This document shows positions 1 through 13,206 of a stretch of 64,000 nt of DNA, piece after piece. The stretch spans positions 2,604,001 to 2,668,000 of the forward strand of contig NC_043016.1 of assembly GCF_006345805.1 (NCBI RefSeq), given 5' to 3'. The stretch is from Octopus sinensis. Its lineage: Eukaryota. The notes beneath the pieces were generated by a model. The model was not told the DNA's origin. It worked only from the letters and a program-made list of their open reading frames with translations, and made no database searches. Positions within the stretch are counted from its first letter, which is position 1, and every line of letters begins with the position of its first letter. The position numbers were made by a program, and so were the translations under genes.

Positions 1-580
1 GTATTGCCCCTTTTCAATGCAGCGTAGCCAGCCAGTAGGTGTCGCTTCCGACAATCTCTGTTCCATGGTTTTACTTACCTAGTTTCGGTGGAATACATTC
101 ACTTGTTTTCAATAATAGAGATATTAAAATAACTAAGTCTCTCTAAAAGAGAACAGCGGCAGCGTTCCCGGAAAATAATAGTTATCGCCATACTAATATG
201 GCATTCTTATAAAAATAAGAAAAAAGCTGTCCGCTTATTAGCTCCATGAGGCCATCGCCTTAAGTTAGCTATTTGATACACAAACTGTATCCATATAATT
301 ATATATATCCATATAATTATATATATAATTATAACGAGGGGTCAGCGTTATGCTTCGCCACATACTGATTACAAATAGACGCTGTCTATTTTTTTTCGAT
401 ACCATAAAATCTTCGAGAAATAATACACTTTTAATGTAGGCAAAAAGCTGACCCCTTGATATAATTATGTATATAAGTATAAAATACTTTGTAAAATTTA
501 CGTAAAAGCTTTTTATTTCCGTACTAGCTACCTGGTAAAATTATTATTGATTATACCCTAAATTATTAATATGTATATAT

Positions 581-855
581 CATCATCATCATCATCATCG
601 TTTAACGTACGCTTCCCATGCTTGCATGGGTTGGACGGCTTGTCTGAGGATTAGTGAGCCAGAGGCTGCACTAGGCTTAATTTGATCTGGCAAAGTTTCT
701 ACAGCTGGATGCCCTTCCTAACTCCAACCACTCCGAGAGTGTTGTGGGTGCGTTTACGTACCACCGGCACAAGGGCCAGTCAGGTGGTTCTGGCAACGAC
801 CACGCTCCAAAGGTGTTTTTATGTGCTACCTGCATGGGATCAGCCGAAATTGCGA
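581..855 (-). mobile_element. SINE-like interspersed repeat, 3' part, with (GAT)n tail
   Basis: Minus strand ends ...GCAAGCATGGGAAGCGTACGTTAAACGATGATGATG and contains TTAGGAAGGGCATCCAGCTGTAGAAA. A homologous copy lies on the plus strand at 52700-52933. Confidence 0.7.
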
Positions 856-967
856 GGATGATCCGGTTCTTGACTGAAGATTGAAGGCTTCGAATGTCCC
901 GTCCGTGTTTTTTGTATCGTCTTCTAAATGTTTTGCGTTCTTGTCCCAGTTTGTATTTTTTTACGCA

Positions 968-1382
<415 letters not shown>

Positions 1383-1722
1383 TTAATCAAAGAACAAATT
1401 GAACGTCTCCAAGATACACATGGTTCCAGAGGATCACTACCAAAAACTATTCATAATGTTCTATGTTCACACTGCCTGTCACGCTGCAGTTAAATTTGGT
1501 AATATGTCTTAACACTGTAAGGATTTGATGCAGATGCTGCTAAAATGTAAACTACCATTTCAATGTGCTCATGGGCGCCCATCTCTGATTCCTCTGCTTA
1601 ATCTTCAATATTTTTAAAATAGCCTTGAAAAATCGAGGTTCCGTAAAATAAACCTGCAAAAACTACGAGAATATCTTATAGAGCAACAACAAGGATTACA
1701 TCAAAAGGAGGAGAACTTGTAA
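1383..1722 (+). pseudogene. MLH3: MLH3 C-terminal fragment, disabled and intron-less (probable retrocopy)
   Basis: Manual translation LIKEQIERLQDTHGSRGSLPKTIHNVLCSH/(+1 at ~1473)ACHAAVKFGNMS*HCKDLMQMLLKCKLPFQCAHGRPSLIPLLNLQYF*NSLEKSRFRKINLQKLREYL. The ACH..KF and LPFQCAHGRPS motifs are MLH3-type (PMS2 has WNCPHGRPT). One frameshift and two in-frame stops (1510, 1615). Confidence 0.88.
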
Positions 1723-2814
1723 TATTTTCTTAAAATTAGTTTAATAACTTTTTTTCTTTCACCAAAATTTCAGATGGATTTCTTTCTTCAGGAAGCTGTT
1801 TATTTTTTTGCCATTCTAAATTTTGATGATGTCGGATATTTTGATTGTGAACAAAAGAGTGGCAGAAATGGTACTAGTAACAGACTAAATGCTTCGTGGG
1901 GTATTTTTTAATTGATTTATTTCTTTACGTTTCCTTAATGTTGTGAGTCCAAATCTTTTTGGACATTCTGAGTTCAAATACTGCCATAGCCAACTTTGCT
2001 TTCCATTACTTTGAGGTTGATAAAATATACTACAGGTCAGTGTTGAGGTTGATGGAATAAATTAACCCCAACTGCACCTGATATTGCTGGACTTGTTCCA
2101 AAATTATGATATATATATATATATGCATAGAGTGTATAAATGTGTGCGTGTGAGAGAGTATGTGTGTATGAGTATGTTGCCACTTTTCCTTTGCAAAAAC
2201 CCACACTTTGCAGACTATCACTTTAATATTCCATAGTGTTTGGCCCTTTTGGCAATAAATAAATGATCATTACTTGATAGATCATCATATAAACGTGGAA
2301 GAGTGAGAAAGACAACGATCTTTTCCATATCTATTCGTAACATGTTCTTGTTCATTCCAATGTAAATATGCTCTTGTTTTTCTTCATCGGAGAACACATT
2401 CGTCTGAAAGGAATACTTTTCGAATGATGAAATATATTAACGATTAATAGTTTAAGGTTCAAATCTACCTCAAGAATGAACGTGCAGTTCACCGAATGCT
2501 ATTTGGATTGGCAGAATTGGTTGAGCGTTGGACAAAATACCTGGTGGTATTTAGCTACGGTCGTTTATGTTCTGAGTTCAAATCCCAGCAAGATCAGTTT
2601 TTGCCTTTCGTTAATACAGTATCGATAAAGTAATTCGTTCCACCGTTCTAGTCGCGCATTATAGACAGTAATAAACGTAACTAAGGATGACGGGAAGGAT
2701 GGTGACAAAGAAAAAGAATGTACACAGCAAAGAAAGAAAAGAAAAAAGACGACGAACATGATATCTCTTTCTCTCCACCCACACACATACACACCACGCA
2801 TGTATGTATGCAAT

Positions 2815-2887
2815 ATATATATAATATATATATAATATATTATATATATATATATACACACATATATATATACATAGATATATTGAT

Positions 2888-2958
<71 letters not shown>
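2815..2958. repeat. (TA)n-rich microsatellite
   Basis: Directly visible. Confidence 0.9.
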
Positions 2959-2963
<5 letters not shown>

Positions 2964-3622
2964 ATAGATTCATCACTAATGTTTAAATAAACTCTAAATA
3001 GTCTATGTCTAGTTTTTGTCAATAAACGACGTCTGAAGCAAGTACATCTTTGGATACTGATTAAAAAATACAACATTTATTTACATCTTAATGTCCAGAC
3101 GAAAACATTTACCAAGATTTATCAACAGTTCATACATATACACAAAATTACTTCATACACACACGCCATTTACACTCTTCCTGAGTTTCTCTGCAACTTT
3201 CTGTATCTCTCACTATTTATCACTCTCTCTATCTTTACCTATCACCAATTCTCTCTATCTTTCTGTCTCTGTCTCTCTTTCTCTCTCTCTCTCTATCACA
3301 CAGACACACACTTTCTCTCTCTCTTTCTTTTCCAGCCTCTATCACTTATTCTTTTACTCTGTGTATCAGACATTCAATATATATAATGATAGACATAAAT
3401 AGATCCGTACAAGTGCAGACGTAAGTGTATTCATACGAGCACACACACGTGTGCACGGCATGGTTGTATGACAAAGAAAAGATCGCTTCGCAACCACACA
3501 TTCCTGAGTTCGATCCCAATTCATTGTCTGTGGAACAACCAATATTTTGCATAGGTTCCGTCTGACCTTTGCATTGTTTACATAAATTTGACAAATGGGG
3601 ATAGCACAGAGGATCACACACT

Positions 3623-3624
<2 letters not shown>

Positions 3625-3672
<48 letters not shown>

Positions 3673-3701
3673 CATAATATATGTGTGTATGTGTGTGTCT
3701 A

Positions 3702-3737
<36 letters not shown>

Positions 3738-3794
3738 AAGATAGGCAGACAGAGAGACAGACAGACAGACAGAAAGACAGACTGACAGACAGAC

Positions 3795-3827
<33 letters not shown>

Positions 3828-3830
3828 TAG

Positions 3831-3902
<72 letters not shown>

Positions 3903-3927
3903 TAGATAGATAGATAGATAGATAGAT

Positions 3928-3964
<37 letters not shown>

Positions 3965-4062
3965 GAGAAAGAAAGAATGAATGAATGAATGAATGAAAGA
4001 AAGAAGAAAGAATGAATGAATGAATGAAAGAAAGAAAGAAAGAAAGAAAGAAAGAGAAGAGC
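3625..4062. repeat. Compound microsatellite (CA)n-(TA)-(GATA/GACA)n-(GAAT/GAAA)n
   Basis: Directly visible. The GATA/GACA block spans about 3700-3962. Confidence 0.95.
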
Positions 4063-5805
4063 GTGGGAGAGAGAGGGAGACAGAGATATGTATCTGTGTA
4101 TGCGTGCTTTGCTCTGTGTTTATTTATGTGCCATGACTGTTCAACAGGCATCAGCGATCGTGTAACTCCAAATCTGGAAACTCAGAAGTTTTCCAGGGAA
4201 GCTACACAAGTGATATCCTATTGCCAAACGTAATTTTATTTATGCTTTTTCTGTGTTAGTTTCTTGTTATAGTGTGTTTCGATTGCCCCTTATTGTAAAT
4301 GTATGATGGGCCTGCGGGACAGTGATGTATTAGTATATCCAACGTAAGAGCTGCATGTATGCATCCCCAGTTGCGTACATATTAGGATGTGTGTGCGTTC
4401 TGCACCCATGGATGCTCAAGTAATGTGGAAATGCGTCAAACTGTTATTAGATACTTGCCATTCAAACTACATATATGGAGAGCTATTTTCTTTCGTTTGC
4501 ACACCACTCACTCGTATGTATATACAGTCACGCCTAAATATATGTATAATCACCTACTCATACATAGTTGCATCCACACACATACGCGCGGGCACACACA
4601 TATTTATAACTATACGTATACATCAACAGAAAAACGCTGATCTTGAATAAGCGAGCAGGCCAGTGAGAACAATTAAAATGTGTTGTGTTTGAGTACAGCC
4701 CTTGAGTTGCAAGATTCTCCAAATGGGCAGCGGGTAGGTTTTCGAAAATTACAGGATGAAGTTGAAGTGCACGTTTGTGTCTTTTGCAGCATCCACTCGT
4801 AAAAGAAATATTGTATAAACAGGTGTAGCTCACCTAGGCATTATGTAGGTTGAAAAGCTTATAGTAATTGTGACTCTTGGGGAAATACTTCTTAATCAAC
4901 TATCTTCGTTGATTGGAATTTATAGGGTTACATGGAGGGTAAAACCAGATTATCTCTCCCTTTCTGGTCCTCTTCGGTTACAGAGATGGAGGCAGGACCT
5001 CCATCTATGTTAACTCCTCGACAAAACTGATCCTCACTAATGCGACGTTGTAGTAGTGGAGCGGGACTGCTGAATAGACCAGCTGATCTATTAGTGAAGC
5101 CGTCGACAGTTCTTCTCTAACCAATTACATATGAAAATAAATAAAAACTTGTGGTAACTGGTATATATACGCACCAACACCCTCAACATTCATAAGTCCG
5201 ATGTCGTTGAAGTCACTTCATAAATCAGTGTGACAGCGAGGTGTTACCAGCTTCTTGTCTAGCCACGAAGTCCAACATTTTCTTCTTTTTTAATGTATTT
5301 AGTGTGGCTGGAATTTCAACTCCATTTCTAATAACACAATGCGACCCGGTAGCCATTTTTGAATTTCATCACCTCTCCATTCGGCTACGTCTCACGTTTC
5401 ATGGGGTCGAATCGAACTTCTAAATTTTGTACACACACATTCACACACAAACACACACACACACACACACATTCACACACACACACACACACACATACAC
5501 ACACACATACACACACATGTATATATTTATATAAGTTAAATAAATGTCAAAAACCTCAAGGGATAATAAAATCCAATGAATATACTGTTTGGTTACCTAT
5601 TTAAAAAGTGTTGAATATTACAATTAATATTCACCTGTAAGGTAAATAGATAAACCGTGGTTTATATATATTTTAAGAAGATGAGAAAATAGAGAGATAA
5701 TTCATAATTATTTATTAATTAAAAATTTATTTATTAATTAATTTTTTTTGTTAATAAACAATTATTAATTTATCTCTCTATTTTCTTATGTTATATATAT
5801 ATATA

Positions 5806-6026
5806 TTTCTTTACTACCCACAAGGGGCTAAACACAGAGGGACAACAAGGACAGACAAAGGGATTAAGTCGACTACATCGACCCCAGGCGTAACTGGTAC
5901 TTAATTTATCGACCCGAAAGGATGAAAGCAAAGTCGACCTCGGCGGAATTGAACTCGGAACGTAACGACAGAAAATACGGCTACGAATATCGCCCGGCGT
6001 GCTAACGTTTCTACCAGCTCGCCGCC
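5806..6026 (-). mobile_element. tRNA-derived SINE (family B here) with Tx1-like 3' tail
   Basis: Minus strand GGCGGCGAGCTGGTAGAAACGTTAGC...GAGTTCAATTCCG (A/B-box-like), core CATCCTTTCGGGTCGATAAATTAAGTACCAG, tail CCCTCTGTGTTTAGCCCCTTGTGGGTAGTAAAGAAA then (TA)n. Confidence 0.8.
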
Positions 6027-6125
6027 TTAAATATAACATATATATATGTTATATATATATATATACATACATGCATACACACACACGCATAAATGTATGT
6101 ATGTCATGCACTCATACATACATAC

Positions 6126-6169
<44 letters not shown>

Positions 6170-6170
<1 letters not shown>

Positions 6171-6361
6171 ATTTTCTCCTCGCCATCGCTTGACAATCGA
6201 TGCTGGTGTACTTATGTCCCCGAAACCTAGCAGTATTGCTAAAGAGACCGATAGAAATAAGTACTACGCATGCAAGGAATAAGTTCTGGGATCGATTTCT
6301 TCGACTAAAGGTGGTGCTCCAGCATGGCCGCAGTCAAATGACTTAAACAAATAAAAGAATA
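6170..6361 (+). mobile_element. SINE family A, 3' half
   Basis: Matches the 3' half of the full-length copy at 53125-53536 (GGTGCTCCAGCATGGCCGCAGTCAAATGACT.AAACAA). Confidence 0.75.
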
Positions 6362-8063
6362 TATACAGTTTTTGTAAGAATGTAAGTCATCTGATGCCAA
6401 TGTCGGAGATGACCAGTGAGGCAAAGCTAGCTCAAAATCTCCAGAGCAGGATCATGCATTTAAATAGAGGGGGAAGAATATGCTTACATTACATCATTTC
6501 TGCCCCATGAATAAAGGAAAAAAACACTAAGCACATGAGCCATGACTGTGATACTACAATAGAATCTCTTGAGAGATGGGTCATTGGTAACTGTGAAATA
6601 TTAACTGAAGACGGTGAGAAAGAATGTCTGTTACAGAAAAAAAAAAAATGACTACGCCAAACAGCCATCATTAGCCAGAAATATGTTTCTAATCCACAAG
6701 TTGTATACCATAGGATGAAAGAAAACATCTCTTTAAAACACCCACTTGACAGAAAACTACAGGCCTCTTGCTTGCTTAAACATTATGTATATAAGTTGTC
6801 TCAACTAATTCATCCAAGACTATTTGCAAGTCCAACAAGGTATGACTGATCAGCAGGTATGTGAACAGGAAAGTGTGTAAGAACATGCCGAATGGCTGCT
6901 AATTAATAAAAACTGTGCTGACGGAAGTAAAAATATATAAATAAATAAAATAGAAAAATAACAGTAGAAACCTTGTGACAGTGTTGCTTGATTACTGATA
7001 TGTGTTTGCTTATGTTTCGTACACACGGTTATTGAAATCACTGCATTTGGAAAAAAGTACCTGCTATTCTAATTACTGCAGTTGAAAGGCTAAGGCATGG
7101 TCAAACATAAAAATGCATTGATTGTCTAAGTCACTTTACTTCTCCCTAAAATAGTGTTCCAACACATCAGTACCACTGTACTTTTATTTATCATAACATT
7201 ATATTCACAGATATTTTATATACAAAAATATGCACTGGTTACATGCTAGGGAATCTACAACAATAGAATAAACACCGATTTGAATTCATATATACTTGGG
7301 CGGCGTACTCTAGAAATATACAGACGTTCGCTAGAAATATATAGACGTTCGCTTAAAGTATTTACAGTTATGAAAACTCAAGTGATTCGATTCGGTTTTC
7401 GGCTGATATATGGAGAGATTTTGGTTAAAATATGCATACTCGATAGCTGCTGAGTAGGGAAAAACTGTTTCCCATGGCGAAAAAAATCTATCTTTCTCTA
7501 GCGGCTACTTCTTCACTATGTGTTCACAAAATGTGTACTAAAGTAAGCGAAATATTGGCGAAAATACAAAACAGAAATATAGGCTGACCACAGAAAGACA
7601 AAGTAAACTAGATATATCATACTAGGCCTTAAAAAGTACAGAAAAACCCCTTCCTTCCTAAAGTAAAATAATATCCGTAATTCCACCGTACTATCAGTGT
7701 GTGCGTGTGTGTGTGTAGATTTAAGCTCGTTTATTTAGACGTCACTCAAAAGCTAATAGGTTCTAACAGAAGGGAGAAAAGGCTAAACAAGATCTTGACT
7801 TGCGCTCATCTTCAGCTGTGTAGGCTGGAGTAGGGTGAAATGATGTGCATGCTCAAAGAAAACGTGGTACCCGCTCCAGGAAATGCGCCTACGAATTTAA
7901 AACAGGAGACCCAAACATTCTAACCACTAGGCCACGCACAAGACATACATGCACACACACACAAATGCAGACACACACATATATACAAATACGTACATAC
8001 ATGCATACAAACGTGGTAAATACATCGATATTGCACACACACACACACACATATGTATATATA

Positions 8064-8094
<31 letters not shown>

Positions 8095-10239
8095 CATATA
8101 TACATATATTCGCACATAAAAATACAAATACACATATTATCTATGATGTACTCATGCATATATGAACATGCGCACATCTAATCACGTGTGTATATACATA
8201 GATGCATTCATACGTACATACGTACGTACATACATACGTACATACGTACTTACATACATACGTACGTACATAATACATACATACATACACATGCGCACGC
8301 ATGTATACATTGATGTATAGGTTCATAAATACAGAGTATCATAGACAAATACCGGCATACATATACATACATAAATAATTTTAAAATAAAATAAAATTAT
8401 TTATAGGCTTAAAAGTAAATACTTTTTTAAAGAAAATATATCAAATTTTATTATTAGGTTTACAGTTTCCATATATCATCCAACACTCTCAAAGAATTCA
8501 TCCGTCATATCCTTTCAGTTATTTTTATAATTTGGCATTACATACAAAAAAAAAAAGAAAAGAAACAGAATGTAGGTTTTTTTATTATTTCATTTTCATA
8601 TATAATTGGTTAGAGAAGAACTATCGAAGGCTTCACTAATATATTAAATGTATCGTAAAAAACACAAAACAAAAAAATATTTACTTAATTCCAGATTGCA
8701 AAATATCAGACATCATACTGAGTTCACTTTGATGTTTTAAAGATGGAATTGGTCGGAACAGGATGGCGTGTTTGCAATTGTGGAATCGATATTGCAATTT
8801 TGAGAATTGCTCGCAGATCACCAGTGTACAAGAACAATATTGAGATGAATCCTAATGGAAGGAAAGAAAAAACAGGAATGACACAAAGCCATTATGCATC
8901 GAACATTCAGAATGACTTGTGTGTTGTCAGCAAACAGTGTGGAAATAGAGATAAAGACACAACAGATCGTGAACCCTGGCTGAATGCTGCCACCCGATTT
9001 GAAAACACCCGATGTGAGAGTGAGTACAGCTGTACATCGTCTAACATTAACAGGTTGCTGTGCCACATAAAGTATCTAAGTATAGTGAAGCAGAATTCGA
9101 ACATTAAGAAATAATTTGTCTTACCCTTGAATGTTGGTGCCCTCTCAGTATTTCATTCGTAACTCTTCAAAGGAATTTTACTTCAACACTTCAAAATATT
9201 TAAACGTTTGGAATTTGTAAAATAATTAACATCTGCATGCTGCAAAAAGAGATGAGTTCCAATTCCCTGCAATTCTGTTCACAGGACAAAATTTCACTTT
9301 AACTGTTTTGCTTTGGCTTTTTTTTTTTTATTTCCGATGTTAAATTTTATTACTTTCTAAGAGTTTTATATTTCCTTCTTATCAAAACTCTTGTCAATCT
9401 GCTTTTACTCTGATAAAGTAAATTTATAAGGAAATTTATATTTTAGGGCAGGGGCGTGTGATCTAAAGATGATTTGGCGAAATGGCAAATCCTATAGAAA
9501 ATTTTGAGAAAATCCTGTTTGGTTTCCTGTATAGGTTATTGGCACTTGGACTAAAGCAATAGCAAATTTCAGAAAGGTTTACATCTCACCACAGTTCGTC
9601 GACTGATAAAGGCTACTCTTAGGAATTAAGTAATTAGTCTTGTTTCTCTATTCACTATCCTCTGAAAAAGCGTAATTCTAATTTTTTCCCTAAAAACTGA
9701 CTTGCTTGGAAGATAACTAAGAAGTGTCATGAATGTAATTTGTTTTTCTTTTTGCAATGGAAGTGTTATGGGGTAGTTCGCTATAAGCTAAGAAGAATTG
9801 TTTAAACAATTTAATGATGATAGCGATCTTGAATTCAGAATTCGTTCGCTCTACTGACTGTAATAACAGCCAAATTTCCCTCAAATCTGACCCAGCAGTT
9901 TAACATGAAGAAATGATACCTGAGATGATATAAACTCAGGATATCTATTTCTGGAAACAAGATGGGATAGTCACAGATGGAACGCGATTGACTGTAGATC
10001 TACTAGATGGATTTTGCGTCTGAACTAGACAACGAAATGTATTTATGTATTTATAGATGTGCATGTTTTGATTATTATTCTACTTGGTCAGGGCTGAAGT
10101 GAGGTTAAACTAGAAAAATAGTTTTTTATATTTTGAATACTCAGCTAATCACAGTAGAAATTCGAGAAAATATTGTTTGGTTTATTTTGCTTAGATGCAA
10201 ACGCAATATATTGATTTCAAAGTTTTTTGCACAATGTCA

Positions 10240-10430
10240 GCAATTTCGAGGAGAGGATATGTTGGTTACATCAACCCCCAGTACGTAACTGGTAGTTAAT
10301 TTATCGAGCCCGAGAAGATGAAAGAGAAAGACAACGCTGGCGGCATTTGGACTCAGAACGTAAAGACAGAAGAAATGCTGCTAGGCAATTTGCTCGACTT
10401 GCTAACCATTCTGCCTGCTCGCCACCTTTC
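10240..10430 (-). mobile_element. SINE family B copy
   Basis: Shares head and core with 5806-6026 (CCCCAGTACGTAACTGGTAGTTAATTTATCGA...ACTCAGAACGTAAAGAC). Confidence 0.7.
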
Positions 10431-10529
10431 AATGGTAATATATATTGAGAGTAATTTTCTTTTTCAAAACTGCGTTTTCAATCTTTTATTAAGCATGACT
10501 CTTCAGAAATATATTCTAATGAATTACTC

Positions 10530-10947
10530 TTTTACTCTTTTAATTGTTTCAGTCATTTGACTGCGGCCATGCTGGAGCACTGCCTTTAGTCGAGCAAATC
10601 GACCCCAGGACTTATTCGTTGTAAGCCTAGTACTTATTCAATCGGTCTCTTAAGCCGAACCGCTAATTTACGGGGACTTAAATACACCAGTATCGGTTGT
10701 CAATCGATGCTGGACAAACACAGACACACAAACATATACACACATACATATATATATATTCATATACATATACATATACATATACGTCAGGCTTCTTTCA
10801 GTTTCCTTCAACCAAATCCACTCACAAGGCTTTGGTCGGCCCGTGACTATAGTAGAAGACACTTGCCCAAGATGCCACGCAGTGGGACTGAACCCGGAAC
10901 CATGTGGTTGGGAAGCAAGCTACTTATCACACAGCCACTCCTGCGCC
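10530..10947 (-). mobile_element. tRNA-derived SINE family A, full length
   Basis: Reverse complement of 53125-53536: GGCGCAGGAGTGGCTGTGTG head, GGTTCAGTCCC B box, central TA/TG microsatellite, GAGTAAAA tail. Confidence 0.9.
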
Positions 10948-12454
10948 AAATTATGTAAATATCTTGTAGGTAATACAGCAATAAACGAACTACCCAGAAG
11001 AATGGTGAAGGAGATACATTGTTCTACCTATAGGAACCCATTTCTACGTTGGCAATACCTATCCTGAGCAACATGAGCAAGGTTGTGATTCAAAACCTAA
11101 TACACGGCATGCCTCTATCTTTGTAAGTTCGAAAAGAAACTTATCGGTAATCGGCCGGTGATTTAGTCAGTTTGAGAGCCTCTACACGCCGGGTGAGGAA
11201 GCTTGGGTGTGGCTCCAAATTCACAGCTTGCCACTACAGGAAATATCGCTACATGTCATAAAAAGGTAGTGGGAGTGTCGGAGAAGGTATAATGTGTTTG
11301 TCTTTCTCAAAGGAATTTAGCAGCGGATAGGTTAGGAGAAATAAATTTAACCAAGAACTGAAATTTATAGTTCAATCGCGTCTCGACTAGATATTACTTC
11401 TTGTTCTATTGTATTCGTTACATGATTGAAATATCATATTGAACAGATTAGCAACGTTTAGCATATTTTCAGTTTATTTTCAACGGCAAATACATCCATA
11501 CAGCATTGTCAATCCGTGTATTCTTTAAGACTATAGAACCTAAGAGAAATTATATATAGCTAAAAAAAGAGCAACACAAAACATTATAGAAAGCTTCAAC
11601 AATGAAGAAAGAGTTCGGTGCTGTTTATAATTTAAATAGTGTAAAATTTATACGCACACAGAAAAACAAATTCAACGTATGTTCCTGCCTTTTTGAAAAA
11701 TCTATTCATATTGAGTGAAATCCCAGAACATTGGATTGTATCTTTAGGAATTTACAAAAGATGATATAATACATGATAGTTGTTTTTCTTTTTTAGACTT
11801 CAATTTGGAGATGGATAATGTAATGAAAATCAAGTTCGTCTCGTTTTTCTATAGTAAAGGAAGGAAAACAGCTATAGTGGGAGCATCAAATCAACTGAAA
11901 TAAACGTATTTATCACATTACTGTTTATGAATGATCAGGAGAATAAAGAAGAAAAAAACAGAAAGAAAGAGAAAAAAACGATTCAAATTACACGTTCACT
12001 CGAACGTCTAAGCTGCCAATAAATGTGAGATTTAGGCTTGTGAAGATCACAGGAATGTAGAAGCGAAATAGATGGTAAATGTTTATGATGTTGAAGAAAA
12101 ACGGGGGTCATTGGAGCGTGATTTGCTGGTGACATTAATAAATTGGTTCGGTCATATGGTTTTTCAGAAATGGATTCATTAAATATCGTGATATAAAGAA
12201 TTCATGTCTAATTAGAAATATTTTATTGAAATGTGATGAGCTTCGTAGAGCGGGAGTTATGCTCTTCCAGAAGAAAACCGACACAGCGTACCTGGTTTCA
12301 ATTCTTGATTGCAACTATTCCATTCTCAATATAAACTGTGAAACTACTGCAAAACATAAAAAAAAAATAACATCAAAAGGAGAGAGTGAACAAGATTAAG
12401 CGACTCATATTTTCACACTTTCGGTCTTAAAGTACAGAAATATAAGAATAACTG

Positions 12455-12653
12455 TTTTACTCTTTTTTGCTTGTTTCAGTCATTTGACTGTGGCCATACT
12501 GGAGCACCGCTTTTAGTTGAGCAAATCGACCCCAGGACTTATTCTTTGTAAGCCTGGTACTTATTCTATCGGTCTCTTTTGCCGAACCGCTAAGTTACAG
12601 GGACGTAAACACACCAGCATCGGTTCTCAAGCGATGTTGAGGGACAAACACAG

Positions 12654-12712
<59 letters not shown>

Positions 12713-12716
12713 CACG

Positions 12717-12754
<38 letters not shown>

Positions 12755-12920
12755 CATATATACGACGGGCTTCTTTCTGTTTCCGTCTACGAAATCCACT
12801 CACAAGGCTTTGGTCGGCCCAAAGCTATAGTAGAAGACACTTGCAAAAGGTGCTACGCAGTGGGACTGAACCCTGAACCATGTGGTTCGTAAACAAGCTA
12901 GTTACCACACAGCCACTCAT
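12455..12920 (-). mobile_element. tRNA-derived SINE family A, full length
   Basis: Same architecture as 10530-10947, with an expanded internal (CA)n. Confidence 0.88.
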
Positions 12921-12934
12921 ACTCCTACTGATAA

Positions 12935-13110
12935 TGGTTTCAAGTTTTGGCACAGAGCCAGCAGTTTTTGAGGGAACAGGATGTCGATTACGTCGACGCC
13001 AGAGTTCAACTGGTACTTATTTTATCGACCTCGACGATATTTGAACGTAGAACGAAAAGACGAACGGAAGGCATTTTTCCCGGCATGCTAACGATTCTGC
13101 CAGATCGGAG
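12935..13110 (-). mobile_element. SINE family B copy
   Basis: Family B head and core. Tail reads GGCTCTGTGCCAAAACTTGAAACCA on the minus strand. Confidence 0.65.
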
Positions 13111-13206
13111 CCTTTAAAACAACTAACCACAACACTTTCTCAAATAATTATACTGACAAGAATGATTTGGACAACAATAATGTAATTTATAACGTCTAAG
13201 ATATAT

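Noticed and set aside
1383-1722. Functional MLH3 terminal exon, or PMS2
   Set aside because: The frameshift and two stops fall within conserved motifs, and it begins abruptly at a LINE junction without a splice acceptor. FQCAHGRPS is the MLH3 form, not the PMS2 form.
4984-5006. 9-bp stem hairpin AGATGGAGG-CAGGA-CCTCCATCT as a terminator
   Set aside because: Intrinsic terminators are bacterial, and a single short hairpin is unremarkable in 64 kb.
6535-6849. ~100-codon frame broken by one stop after an A-run (MSHDCDTT...FASPTRYD)
   Set aside because: No recognisable motif; the length is within chance expectation. It may be an old transposase remnant, but that is unsupported.
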